DNA of 64,000 nt from an uncultured virus (IMG/VR IMGVR_UViG_2684622556_000001) (lineage: Duplodnaviria > Heunggongvirae > Uroviricota > Caudoviricetes), in the IMG/VR virus record IMGVR_UViG_2684622556_000001; one strand, 5' to 3'. Positions 19,848-27,877 of this stretch are shown here, one piece after another. Each line of letters starts with the position of its first letter. The first letter of the stretch is position 1. The notes under the pieces are model-generated. The model was given only the letters and a program-made list of their open reading frames with translations. It was not told the origin of the DNA and made no database searches. A program made the translations under genes and the position numbers.

Positions 19848-20170
19848 GTGCACAAACGTTCCGTAGAAAACCCAACAGGGTGGAAGCGCGAAAGTTCAAC
19901 GCACTCGATGGATGGGACGCCGCGCTGGATCTCGCCGCCTGGTGCGGCGGTGAAGCTGTCAGAGACGAAAACCCCGGGCAAGAAGACAAGACGTACTACT
20001 GGTCGATCTTCATTTCGTCATGCCGATCTGGCCAAGTCGGGACCCCACGCGCTACCCCCGGTTGGTGGATTGTCAAGGAAGCGGACGGTGCGTTCTCGGC
20101 TATAAGCCCGTATGTATTTGAGCGAGAGTATGAGCCTGACATCGCAGCATTCGCGGCAGGTGGAAGATGA
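19844..20170 (+). CDS. Hypothetical phage protein
   Basis: FRRKPNRVEA...G.WIVK...F.REYEP family pattern. Confidence 0.7.
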   Translation: MSAQTFRRKPNRVEARKFNALDGWDAALDLAAWCGGEAVRDENPGQEDKTYYWSIFISSCRSGQVGTPRATPGWWIVKEADGAFSAISPYVFEREYEPDIAAFAAGGR

Positions 20171-20532
20171 GCGAGACGAGAGCACGCCGAAGAATCCGTG
20201 AAGCTGTCGAATCGCGTGGATACGCAATCGAATCTATCGATTATGAGCCGATCTACAACGCGGGCGAAATGGCAGGGTTAGCTGGTGGATGGTGGGTTGA
20301 GCTTGACCGACCCTTCCTAGAACGGTGCTTCCCCGGCAATGATCTCTGTGGATTTAGCGTTGATGAGGTTCTAGCGGAAGTCGATTACTGGCTTAAGCCC
20401 GCAACCCCGTGCGAATGCGACCGCAGCCACCATCCCATCATGGCGGCAGGCGTTAAAGGTGATCCTCAGAAGCCCACTCACGGCGTTGATTGCCGTCACC
20501 ACATCAAATACCGGCTGCGATGGTGGTCATGA
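20167..20532 (+). CDS. Hypothetical protein
   Basis: Coupled ORF. Confidence 0.65.
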   Translation: MSETRARRRIREAVESRGYAIESIDYEPIYNAGEMAGLAGGWWVELDRPFLERCFPGNDLCGFSVDEVLAEVDYWLKPATPCECDRSHHPIMAAGVKGDPQKPTHGVDCRHHIKYRLRWWS

Positions 20533-20783
20533 CTGACCCTGCAATCGAAGCCGCACAACGGGCTGCTAACGAATTTTTCGCACCTATCGGGACGGTCAGG
20601 GAAGCTGCAATGGTGGCGGCTGCTCGTGAGATGGCTAAGTCGGTACAGGAACTACACAAGCCGGAGCCGGGGCCTCTCATCCATGACGACACCCCTTGGA
20701 CTTGTTGCGCCGATTGTGGCGACGAGTGGCCCTGTGAGACCGCGAAGCGCGTTTATCCATCGTCGGAATTGGGATTGACATGA
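20529..20783 (+). CDS. Hypothetical protein
   Basis: MTDPAIEAAQRA...CADC..WPCETAK. Confidence 0.65.
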   Translation: MTDPAIEAAQRAANEFFAPIGTVREAAMVAAAREMAKSVQELHKPEPGPLIHDDTPWTCCADCGDEWPCETAKRVYPSSELGLT

Positions 20784-21562
20784 GTAGGTCTACGGAGAGA
20801 TGGCTCGCCATAGCTGGGTTCGACGGACACTACGAGGTTTCCGACATGGGGAGGGTTCGATCCATGTCGCGCGTCGTCAATCGGTCGGACGGGCGATCTA
20901 TGCGCTTGCCATCGCGGATTCTGAATCTAAAGTCACACCGGGACGGGTACGTCTACACCACGCTTTCGCGGGACGGTCAAGCTTCCTCATTCCTAGTGCA
21001 CCGCCTGGTCGCAGCGGCATTCATGGAGTGTCCGACTGGCCGGATCAGGCATGTGAGCGGTGATCGATCAGACAACCGCCTGGTGAATCTCCTAGATGCG
21101 GACACCATCAGTCCGGTTGAGCGCTTATGGGAACGAACGACTGTCGATGAATCGACTGGATGCTGGGTTTTCGCCGGAGCGCTAAATAGAGGCTACGGGA
21201 TGATATCGGTTGACGGAGTCGCGAAGTTGGCACACCGCGTGGCGTACAGGGAACTAATCGACCAAGACCTGTCGGACGACTTGACGATTGATCATGTCAC
21301 CGCACGCGGATGTCGCTCCAAAGCATGTTGGAACCCGGAGCACCTCGAAGCGGTAACCACACAGGAGAACACGCGGCGGCGCGACAGCAATCTGGCACGC
21401 GCAATACGAGGCCCCCGCCCACGCGAGACCCATTGCCTACGAGGGCATGAGCGGACGGCAGCCAACGTCGAGAAAAGCGGGAACTGCCGAGAGTGTGCGA
21501 ACGAGCGTCGGCGTGAGCGCAGGCGGCGAGCTAAACGGGTCTACCCAAGTGAGGAACTATGA
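20780..21562 (+). CDS. NUMOD4-HNH homing endonuclease with a second HNH domain
   Basis: W..I.GF.G.YEVSD.GRVRS; VHRLVA; CWVF.G...AHR..IDH...C.NPEHLE. Confidence 0.85.
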   Translation: MSRSTERWLAIAGFDGHYEVSDMGRVRSMSRVVNRSDGRSMRLPSRILNLKSHRDGYVYTTLSRDGQASSFLVHRLVAAAFMECPTGRIRHVSGDRSDNRLVNLLDADTISPVERLWERTTVDESTGCWVFAGALNRGYGMISVDGVAKLAHRVAYRELIDQDLSDDLTIDHVTARGCRSKACWNPEHLEAVTTQENTRRRDSNLARAIRGPRPRETHCLRGHERTAANVEKSGNCRECANERRRERRRRAKRVYPSEEL

Positions 21563-21795
21563 GCCGAATCGAACTGTCAGACGGATCATCCTGGCCGCGC
21601 CCCTGCATGGGTAGGGACGACCGATCAGTCACATGGGCGGCACGCTACTCCACCCTCACCCGAGAAGAACTCATGCAGTTGGTGACCTTAGCTGACGCCT
21701 ACGGGTATCTCGTATGTGAGACAACGCAGAAGCGTCGGGATCAGGTGGTCAGGGAGATTCGCCGGTCCTTGCGAGAAGAGGAACTAGGACTATGA
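21559..21795 (+). CDS. Hypothetical protein
   Basis: Coupled ORF. Confidence 0.6.
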   Translation: MSRIELSDGSSWPRPCMGRDDRSVTWAARYSTLTREELMQLVTLADAYGYLVCETTQKRRDQVVREIRRSLREEELGL

Positions 21796-22010
21796 GCGAT
21801 CCAGCAGTAGAGGCGGCACAGCGGGCGGAGGATGAAAACACGGGTCGGATACCGCCGTTTGGGTGGGACGACGCCCTAGACGGTGCCATTCAGGCTTTGA
21901 AACCGATACAGGACTGGTTTGACCGCAACTACGGCATGTCGTCAATCACTGACCATCTGCTCGATGATCTCGCCCCCTTGATTTTCACAACAGAGGAGCT
22001 GAACCAATGA
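21792..22010 (+). CDS. Hypothetical protein
   Basis: N-terminus MSDPAVEAAQRA paralogous to the 20529 ORF. Confidence 0.6.
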   Translation: MSDPAVEAAQRAEDENTGRIPPFGWDDALDGAIQALKPIQDWFDRNYGMSSITDHLLDDLAPLIFTTEELNQ

Positions 22011-22336
22011 CAACTACACACGTCTATCCGCCACTCACCCCGGAAGATTTCGAAACACAGTACGACGAGACGCATCGCTACATGTTCACTGAGGATGAGA
22101 ACGGTGACATGTACTACGCCTACGGGCATGACCGGGATAGTGAATTCGTAAGGCAGCTAAGGGAATACTGCATCGAAATCGGTGGGGTCGATCCCGATGA
22201 GGTGGACATCGACGGAGTGGGTATAAGGCATCTGTGGGCGGTAACCGTTGAGCCTGCCCCAGAGTGGGGATTCACCTGGATTGATGTAACTGAGCACACC
22301 CCCGGCGCTTTCCCCGTGTCCGTGGTTGTCCTGTGA
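22007..22336 (+). CDS. Hypothetical protein
   Basis: Coupled ORF. Confidence 0.65.
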   Translation: MTTTHVYPPLTPEDFETQYDETHRYMFTEDENGDMYYAYGHDRDSEFVRQLREYCIEIGGVDPDEVDIDGVGIRHLWAVTVEPAPEWGFTWIDVTEHTPGAFPVSVVVL

Positions 22337-22352
22337 CAGAGGAACTAGAGCG

Positions 22353-22472
22353 ATGAGCGACAACGAGACTGCTAACGCCGAGTACCTGGAGCGGGTTGGG
22401 CGAACCATCTCAGAGGAGTATGTGCCGGTCTACAACGCCCTCAAAGCTATGCGCGGTTCGGAGGCGCGATGA
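22353..22472 (+). CDS. Small hypothetical protein (39 aa)
   Basis: RBS GAGGA; ATGA overlap downstream. Confidence 0.4.
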   Translation: MSDNETANAEYLERVGRTISEEYVPVYNALKAMRGSEAR

Positions 22473-22588
22473 GTGAGCTTGTATACCGCGCTAAAGCATC
22501 CCTAGAAGGCGTAACCGGAGGACCGTGGGCGACGACCCACGCATGGAACCCATCTACGAATCCCGGTTTGTGTCTGGCTGGACGGTGA
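22469..22588 (+). CDS. Small or truncated protein (MSELVYRAKASLEGVTGGPW...)
   Basis: RBS GGAGG; the T.GPW N-terminus usually belongs to longer phage proteins. Confidence 0.4.
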   Translation: MSELVYRAKASLEGVTGGPWATTHAWNPSTNPGLCLAGR

Positions 22589-22592
22589 CCGA

Positions 22593-22769
22593 ATGAGCTA
22601 CATCGACATGTTCGGTATCGAGTGGTCCGACGATGAAGCGTCGCAGGTTTGGGTATGCCTAACGCATAAAAGGCTGGTCCCATGCCGCCGAACATCTGGC
22701 ATCTGCGAATTGTCATGTGACACCACTGACGTGGAGCAGGTTCGGCAATGGCAGGCCGACCGTGACTGA
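22593..22769 (+). CDS. Small Cys-containing protein (58 aa)
   Basis: MSYIDMFGIEWSDD...CLTH...PC; fills the gap between neighbours. Confidence 0.45.
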   Translation: MSYIDMFGIEWSDDEASQVWVCLTHKRLVPCRRTSGICELSCDTTDVEQVRQWQADRD

Positions 22770-22950
22770 CTACCAAGACACCGGTAGCCGACGGAAACCT
22801 ACGGCATACACCGAAACAGGGGCCGCTGAGCGGGTGTGCCCGGACTGTAGTGCCCCAGAAGGGCATCCCTGTAGATGGATAGCCATGGATGGGCAGGGGG
22901 ATTTGGGGAAACCAAGGCATTGGCCGCATGAGACACGTTGGAGGCGTTAG
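22762..22950 (+). CDS. Small zinc-finger protein
   Basis: CPDCSAPEGHPC...PHETR. Confidence 0.55.
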   Translation: MTDYQDTGSRRKPTAYTETGAAERVCPDCSAPEGHPCRWIAMDGQGDLGKPRHWPHETRWRR

Positions 22951-23246
22951 TGAGAAACATTCACCCCGGACCAAGAATCATAGACGGTGGCGCCGACATG
23001 TGGTCCATCAACCACGAGCCCTGGACCGAACAAGCCCTTTGCCCCGAGACAGATCCCGAGTTGTTTTACCCAACCCCGGGTAGTCCGGGGAGGACGATGG
23101 CCAAAGCTGCGAAAGCGATTTGTGCTCAATGCCCGGTCGCTGCCGAGTGTCTGGAATACGCCTTCAGGGCTAATGAAGAGTACGGGATTTTTGGTGGGGT
23201 CACCGCCCATGAGCGAATGGTGATGAAGCGGGGGAGGGCAAGCTGA
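22950..23246 (+). CDS. whiB: WhiB-family transcriptional regulator
   Basis: ALCPETDPELFYP...AKAICAQCPV..ECLEYA...GIFGG. Confidence 0.9.
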   Translation: MRNIHPGPRIIDGGADMWSINHEPWTEQALCPETDPELFYPTPGSPGRTMAKAAKAICAQCPVAAECLEYAFRANEEYGIFGGVTAHERMVMKRGRAS

Positions 23247-23560
23247 TGCCGCACTCAAGCCCTACCGACTGGATAGCAGGCGGAAGTGTTGCCGCAGACA
23301 TCGTTGGATGCCTCACGGGTTTGGTCGCGGACCTGTCGTGGCAAGACGAAGCGGCGTGCCGTGGACTCCCTACGGAGTGGTGGTTCCCAGATCAAGGCGC
23401 CAGCCGGGAATCTAAGAGGGCCAAGGAAATCTGCCACGGCTGCCCTGTCAAACTCCAATGCCTCCAATTCGCGATAGAGGTACACGACCAGCACGGTATT
23501 TACGGGGAGCTGTCATTGAAGGACAGGCGTAGGTGGAACCAGGAAAGGAAAGCGGGCTAG
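23246..23560 (+). CDS. whiB: WhiB-family transcriptional regulator (second copy)
   Basis: WQDEAAC...WWFP...AKEICHGCPVK.QCL.FA...GIYG. Confidence 0.9.
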   Translation: MPHSSPTDWIAGGSVAADIVGCLTGLVADLSWQDEAACRGLPTEWWFPDQGASRESKRAKEICHGCPVKLQCLQFAIEVHDQHGIYGELSLKDRRRWNQERKAG

Positions 23561-23601
23561 ACACCGCGACTTGTCCTGAAACGGAGGATAATTGAGGTAT
23601 G
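23558..23601 (+). promoter_or_regulatory. 44-nt stop-to-start element, copy B
   Basis: TAGACACCGCGACTTGTCCTGAAACGGAGGATAATTGAGGTATG. Confidence 0.8.
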
Positions 23602-23922
23602 GGCACATTACCTGATGCAGTACCACAGATGCCCGCATGTGGTGCTTGCGGCGGCGAGACTAGATCTGACGGCGAGCACTTCTATTGCGAATACTGCCTA
23701 CTTGGATTCGCGCCCATCACACTAATTGCATTCTTCCTTGATCCCAATGCCGAAACATGTGGGGCTCCATGTGACAACAGCTGGCACGGCGACCACAGAA
23801 TCCGGCAAGGGTGGGGCTATGACTGTGGATCGTGTGGGCTCCCTGCCGGTCACGAATCGATGCATTGGACCAACTGTCAACCGAAGCAACTGGCGGCAAT
23901 TCCCGGAGGTAGTGAGAGTTGA
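23599..23922 (+). CDS. Cys-rich protein, cargo of element B
   Basis: CGAC, CEYC, CGSC.LPAGH...H. Confidence 0.7.
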   Translation: MGTLPDAVPQMPACGACGGETRSDGEHFYCEYCLLGFAPITLIAFFLDPNAETCGAPCDNSWHGDHRIRQGWGYDCGSCGLPAGHESMHWTNCQPKQLAAIPGGSES

Positions 23923-24203
23923 GTGAGTACAAGATGCCCAACCCGCCTGCTGGCATGTGGTGGGAGGTCAAGTTTGATACGCCACTGGCGCAAACATTTT
24001 TGATGGTGAAGCTGCGCCGCAAGGCCTACGGGATCTTCAATAAGACCGTTGACTGGTCATGCTATCAGCCGAGTAGCGATCCCGAAGAAAATGCGTATCG
24101 CGCTACATGGCTTGCTGACTATATCCTCAAAGGCAAAGGTGCGGTTGACCTTAAGCGACGTGGGTATGACCTGAATGGACTGACGGGGTACCGCCGTGGC
24201 TGA
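23919..24203 (+). CDS. Hypothetical protein
   Basis: MPNPPAGMWWEV...; paralogous to the 62786 ORF. Confidence 0.65.
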   Translation: MSEYKMPNPPAGMWWEVKFDTPLAQTFLMVKLRRKAYGIFNKTVDWSCYQPSSDPEENAYRATWLADYILKGKGAVDLKRRGYDLNGLTGYRRG

Positions 24204-24498
24204 GTTAAGTGCTGAACCGCTGCAATGGGAGCCGTATCATCGTTCAACAGGCTGGGCCGCCCTTTCAGGGGTTGGGATGTACGTGGTTATCCACGTTGTG
24301 CATAACGCTGATGAGCAGGAGTGGATCTGCGAGTGGCGTGAAAAGCTCTGGTTGATAGGAGTCCCCATCTATAGGGGCGATTCGCCGGATGAAGCCAAGG
24401 CCGCCGCAGCTGCCCACCGTGCCGCTACTGCTCGTGCCGCCGCCTGGGAACGCTATATGGCAGAGAACGATCCACCGTCGAACAGAGAAGCCTTGTGA
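24196..24498 (+). CDS. Hypothetical protein
   Basis: Overlapping ORF. Confidence 0.6.
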   Translation: MAELSAEPLQWEPYHRSTGWAALSGVGMYVVIHVVHNADEQEWICEWREKLWLIGVPIYRGDSPDEAKAAAAAHRAATARAAAWERYMAENDPPSNREAL

Positions 24499-24761
24499 GG
24501 GATTGGGCTGACACGCACCTTGTGTTCCATAAGTGGGACTGGCGTCAGAAGATCTCCTACGCGCTGTACATGATCGGAGATTGGTTGATGGGCGAACACT
24601 CGCACGATTTGGTGATCCGCGACGGAGCCGGAAACCCCCTCATGCATGCCAATGGTCGATGCCTGACGTACTCGATGCCGCCGTTGCCGTACTCGGTTTG
24701 GTGCTGCGATGGGCGAATTGATAACGGCGAGGGTGGCATCCGCGACGGTGAGGAGACCTAA
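24495..24761 (+). CDS. Hypothetical protein
   Basis: GTGA-coupled ORF. Confidence 0.55.
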   Translation: MRDWADTHLVFHKWDWRQKISYALYMIGDWLMGEHSHDLVIRDGAGNPLMHANGRCLTYSMPPLPYSVWCCDGRIDNGEGGIRDGEET

Positions 24762-24764
24762 TAG

Positions 24765-25442
24765 ATGTCCGTCTCTGACAGCTTCTTTCTCGATAAGGGC
24801 AGTCAACACAAGCTCCGTGAAGAGTTGGCCAGCATCCCCCGCATGATCGGGGAGTTGTCCGTCACCCTCACCCGCCAGGCCCGCATCCAGAGGCCAGGGT
24901 TAAGTATGTCCCGACGACCCAAACCGGAGTCTCAAGTCCCCATCCATATTGGGGCACACAACGCCGCTGACCTACTGCACAACTGTTTGGGTACGTGGGT
25001 GAGGCTGGTGTGCGAACAGCGAGCGATTGTGTGGGATAAGGGCAACGACATCATCACCCTCGCTAAGTGGCTGCGTATCAACATGATCGCCCTAGCCCTC
25101 ACCGAAGGATCAGAAGAAGCCTACGAGGACATCAAGGCCGCTATCGATGAGTGCTGGCGACAGATAGACATCCCTGCCGACGATGACATAGTGATCGACC
25201 GGGGACGAGTACATGAAGCGAACAAGCACATCGTCACCGCCGACACCATCGAACCTATCGCCCGCCGGATAGGGGAGATGGGCAAGAAGCTGAACGCCCA
25301 GCGGGTGCACTCACTGACCCGTGGTGGGCATCTACGGCCAGTCTCCAGTGACCCGGACACGGGTAAGAAGTTCTACCGACTAGGGGATGTGCTGCACGCG
25401 CACAACAACTGTGAGAAGCGAGACCGGAAAAAGGGCGCGTAG
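24765..25442 (+). CDS. Conserved phage protein; putative late transcription regulator by position
   Basis: Last gene of the early operon; C-terminal wHTH-like YRLGDVL. Confidence 0.6.
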   Translation: MSVSDSFFLDKGSQHKLREELASIPRMIGELSVTLTRQARIQRPGLSMSRRPKPESQVPIHIGAHNAADLLHNCLGTWVRLVCEQRAIVWDKGNDIITLAKWLRINMIALALTEGSEEAYEDIKAAIDECWRQIDIPADDDIVIDRGRVHEANKHIVTADTIEPIARRIGEMGKKLNAQRVHSLTRGGHLRPVSSDPDTGKKFYRLGDVLHAHNNCEKRDRKKGA

Positions 25443-25476
25443 AGGCTACGCGCCTTGGGCGCGTGAGCAACTAAGG

Positions 25477-25734
25477 TCAGCCGTTGTCGCGGATGTAGTC
25501 GTTCAGGCTGACGTGGTTCCCGTCGTCTGCGGCTACGGCGGCGTCGAAGTCGGCAATGTCGTCAACCATGTCGAGTGCCTCCAATCGGGCTAGGTCTTCA
25601 GGGGAAATGAGTGCGGCGGCGGGTCGGCCGTGGCGAGTGATCACCACGCGCTCCCCGGTGTATGCAGTGCGTGCCACGAAATCACCGAGGGTCGCACGGA
25701 GCTCGGCAACGGGTACTTCATGGGCTGCGGTCAT
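25477..25734 (-). CDS. Phd/YefM-family antitoxin
   Basis: V.VAELRATLGDFV...GERVVITRHGRPAAALIS; acidic C-terminus. Confidence 0.85.
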   Translation of the reverse strand: MTAAHEVPVAELRATLGDFVARTAYTGERVVITRHGRPAAALISPEDLARLEALDMVDDIADFDAAVAADDGNHVSLNDYIRDNG

Positions 25735-25815
25735 GAACCCATAGTACTTTTATAGTCCAAATTGTGTCAACCGCATTATCTGTACAAATTGTACAAACCA
25801 TGTTACGCTACCAAC
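25735..25815. promoter_or_regulatory. Divergent leaderless promoters with paired TGTACA operator
   Basis: Minus strand TTGACA-N18-TACTAT-N6-ATG; plus strand TACGCT-N6-ATG (25816); TGTACA-AAT-TGTACA at 25781-25795. Confidence 0.7.
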
Positions 25816-26076
25816 ATGTACGAGGTAGAGATCACCGAGAGCGCCACCAAGGAATTGGTGCGCATCAAGCGGGCCGATGGCAAGCTGCACCGCCAAATCC
25901 TCGACGCCCTCAAAGGTCTCGCCACCGACCCACGCCCGCATGGCTACATCAAACTCTCAGGCCGTGATGGCTACCGGATTCGCGTCCGCGACTACCGCAT
26001 CCTCTACAGCATTGACGACGGCAAGCTGCTCATCCTCGTGGTGAAGGTGGACAAACGCGGCCAGGTCTACAGGTGA
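25816..26076 (+). CDS. relE: RelE/ParE-family toxin
   Basis: MYEVEITESATKEL...LATDPRPHG..KLSG..GYRIRVRDYRILYSI...RGQVYR. Confidence 0.9.
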   Translation: MYEVEITESATKELVRIKRADGKLHRQILDALKGLATDPRPHGYIKLSGRDGYRIRVRDYRILYSIDDGKLLILVVKVDKRGQVYR

Positions 26077-26156
26077 CACGCCGACCAGGGGATATACCCC
26101 TTAACCACCGTCAAGTAGTAAACTGCGCCTAGGCGCGACTTGCACCCATTCTTTTG

Positions 26157-26190
26157 AACCCCCATCGACATCCGTTCGGTGGGGGTTTTT
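26157..26190 (+). terminator. Intrinsic terminator
   Basis: AACCCCCATCGA-loop-TCGGTGGGGGTT followed by TTT. Confidence 0.75.
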
Positions 26191-26359
26191 CTATGCCCAA
26201 ACGGAGGTTTCCCCCCATGCCTCTGTCTCGTGTCCGCTGCTGCATCCCCTGTGGCCGTATCCGCTACGCCCCCTGCTCTACAGGGTGTCGAGTAGATCCC
26301 GAGAACGACCCAACAAGCTGGACAGAACAGGTGACGCCGCGCGATGAAACTGATCCGTC

Positions 26360-26680
26360 GTGATCCGGTGCCGCATCGGCTGGCATCACTGGGAGAAATG
26401 GCGCCTCAATAAGCGCTTCATCGACACCTCATGGGACTGCGAAATCCCCTCGGCGCAGTACAAGCGCTGCTGCATCCGCTGCGGTAAGCCGCAAACCGAG
26501 TCCATCCGCGACTTCTCCTGGATACGCACCCACGATCTGCACTGGATAGCAGTAGTGCAGGTTGAAGCCCAATCGGAGAACGAAATGTCATCGGTGACGA
26601 TGACATTGTGGCTGTCGCCGAAGATGTTCCAGTTGGACAGACCCGAGGGTTTCTACGAGCCGTACCGGAGACGGTTGTAG
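26360..26680 (+). CDS. Hypothetical protein
   Basis: C.IG.H.W...R.C.RCGK motif; its TAG begins element C. Confidence 0.6.
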   Translation: MIRCRIGWHHWEKWRLNKRFIDTSWDCEIPSAQYKRCCIRCGKPQTESIRDFSWIRTHDLHWIAVVQVEAQSENEMSSVTMTLWLSPKMFQLDRPEGFYEPYRRRL

Positions 26681-26721
26681 ACACCGCGACTTCCGCTGCA
26701 GCTCGGTAAAATTGAGGTATG
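26678..26721 (+). promoter_or_regulatory. 44-nt stop-to-start element, copy C
   Basis: TAGACACCGCGACTTCCGCTGCAGCTCGGTAAAATTGAGGTATG. Confidence 0.8.
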
Positions 26722-26952
26722 GATGATCCCATTGAAGTCGCTGAGGCGGTGTGTAAACGGCACAACTGGGACGGCATGATGTTTTGCGCTTGCACTGCCG
26801 CTGCTCGTGAAGCTTTGAAGCGAGTGGGCGCCGATCTGCAATCCGTCGATGGCGTCTTAGGTCTGCTTCATCATCGAGGGCTTGTTGACTCCGAGCGCAA
26901 TAGAGCTGATGTGAAAGCTGCCCTCGAAATCGTACAGAGGTACACCCGATGA
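26719..26952 (+). CDS. Hypothetical protein, cargo of element C
   Basis: MDDPIEVA...AAAREALK resembles the 20529 family. Confidence 0.7.
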   Translation: MDDPIEVAEAVCKRHNWDGMMFCACTAAAREALKRVGADLQSVDGVLGLLHHRGLVDSERNRADVKAALEIVQRYTR

Positions 26953-27224
26953 CTGAACCATCTCAAGCCCATATAGACCGGGCACGTGAACTCGGCCTCT
27001 CTTTCGATCCTTCTGATACATCGGATGAAGAGTTAAGCCGTGCTATCGCAACGTATGAGCGGGTTTACATCGAGGCGATGACCGAGAATGCTGGTAGGGA
27101 CACTGATACTCCTACTGAGCGCCGCAAGATGCTGGGCGTATGGACTCAGCGCGATGAAGAAGAGGCCAAGGAAGCCGCTGAACGGCGGCGGATGTTCGGC
27201 TCCCGACGAATCCCACCCGCCTAG
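26949..27224 (+). CDS. Hypothetical protein
   Basis: ATGA-coupled; its TAG begins element D. Confidence 0.65.
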   Translation: MTEPSQAHIDRARELGLSFDPSDTSDEELSRAIATYERVYIEAMTENAGRDTDTPTERRKMLGVWTQRDEEEAKEAAERRRMFGSRRIPPA

Positions 27225-27265
27225 ACACCGCCGATCCCGTTGAAACACGGGATAATTGAGGTATG
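27222..27265 (+). promoter_or_regulatory. 44-nt stop-to-start element, copy D
   Basis: TAGACACCGCCGATCCCGTTGAAACACGGGATAATTGAGGTATG. Confidence 0.8.
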
Positions 27266-27595
27266 GAAGACGCGCAAGAATTACTTGCAAGGGCCGCCGA
27301 GAAACATCGACCATATGGGCTGGACTGCAAATGCGGCCGACCGATCAACAGCGACGCGGACTGGTCAAGACACCTTGCCGCCGAGATCGCCGATTTTGTC
27401 TATCTCCGCGTGGACACGGAAGAGAAACTAAAGGACGTCTACCCCCAGTCGGTAATCCTGGACGCCGACGGTGATTTGTACGCCATGGATGAGTACGGGC
27501 ACGCCGTGCTTCTCACAGGCTGGAAGGGCATGCCCTATGAGCCACCGGCGCTCCCGGCTAGAGTCCTCTGGTCCCCGGACAGTTCGTCCAGGTAG
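27263..27595 (+). CDS. Hypothetical protein, cargo of element D
   Basis: H...CKCG...H motif; SVILDADG...LPARVLWSP. Confidence 0.7.
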   Translation: MEDAQELLARAAEKHRPYGLDCKCGRPINSDADWSRHLAAEIADFVYLRVDTEEKLKDVYPQSVILDADGDLYAMDEYGHAVLLTGWKGMPYEPPALPARVLWSPDSSSR

Positions 27596-27672
27596 GAGTC
27601 ATCGTCCGCGTATGCCGCGGGCGCGAAAACAATGCTGGCCGCTACGGCGGCTGCAGCTGCGATCTTGATCAT
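27535..27672 (-). pseudogene. Truncated secreted DUF732-like gene remnant
   Basis: MIKIAAAAAVAASIVFAPAAYA-DDDSYLDELS then an unrelated tail; TACGAT-N6-ATG upstream. Confidence 0.55.
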
Positions 27673-27877
27673 TGGCGGATCGTAGACCTCCACCCTGACG
27701 GGTACAGGCGAAACGGGAGATTAGATGGCCGTGCAGCACTGCGAGGGTTGCCCCTCGTGAGGCGATCCAAGGATTGGGAGACCCCCCGAATTCGTAAGCG
27801 AGACTTGGGACGGGCGGTCGACCCAACTACCTGTTCTTGCGGGGACGCCGAATGCCCAGAATGCATGGACTGGCTAG

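Noticed and set aside
27222..27265. GTTGAAAC resembling CRISPR repeat ends
   Set aside because: Copies are dispersed, there are no regular spacers, and no cas genes.
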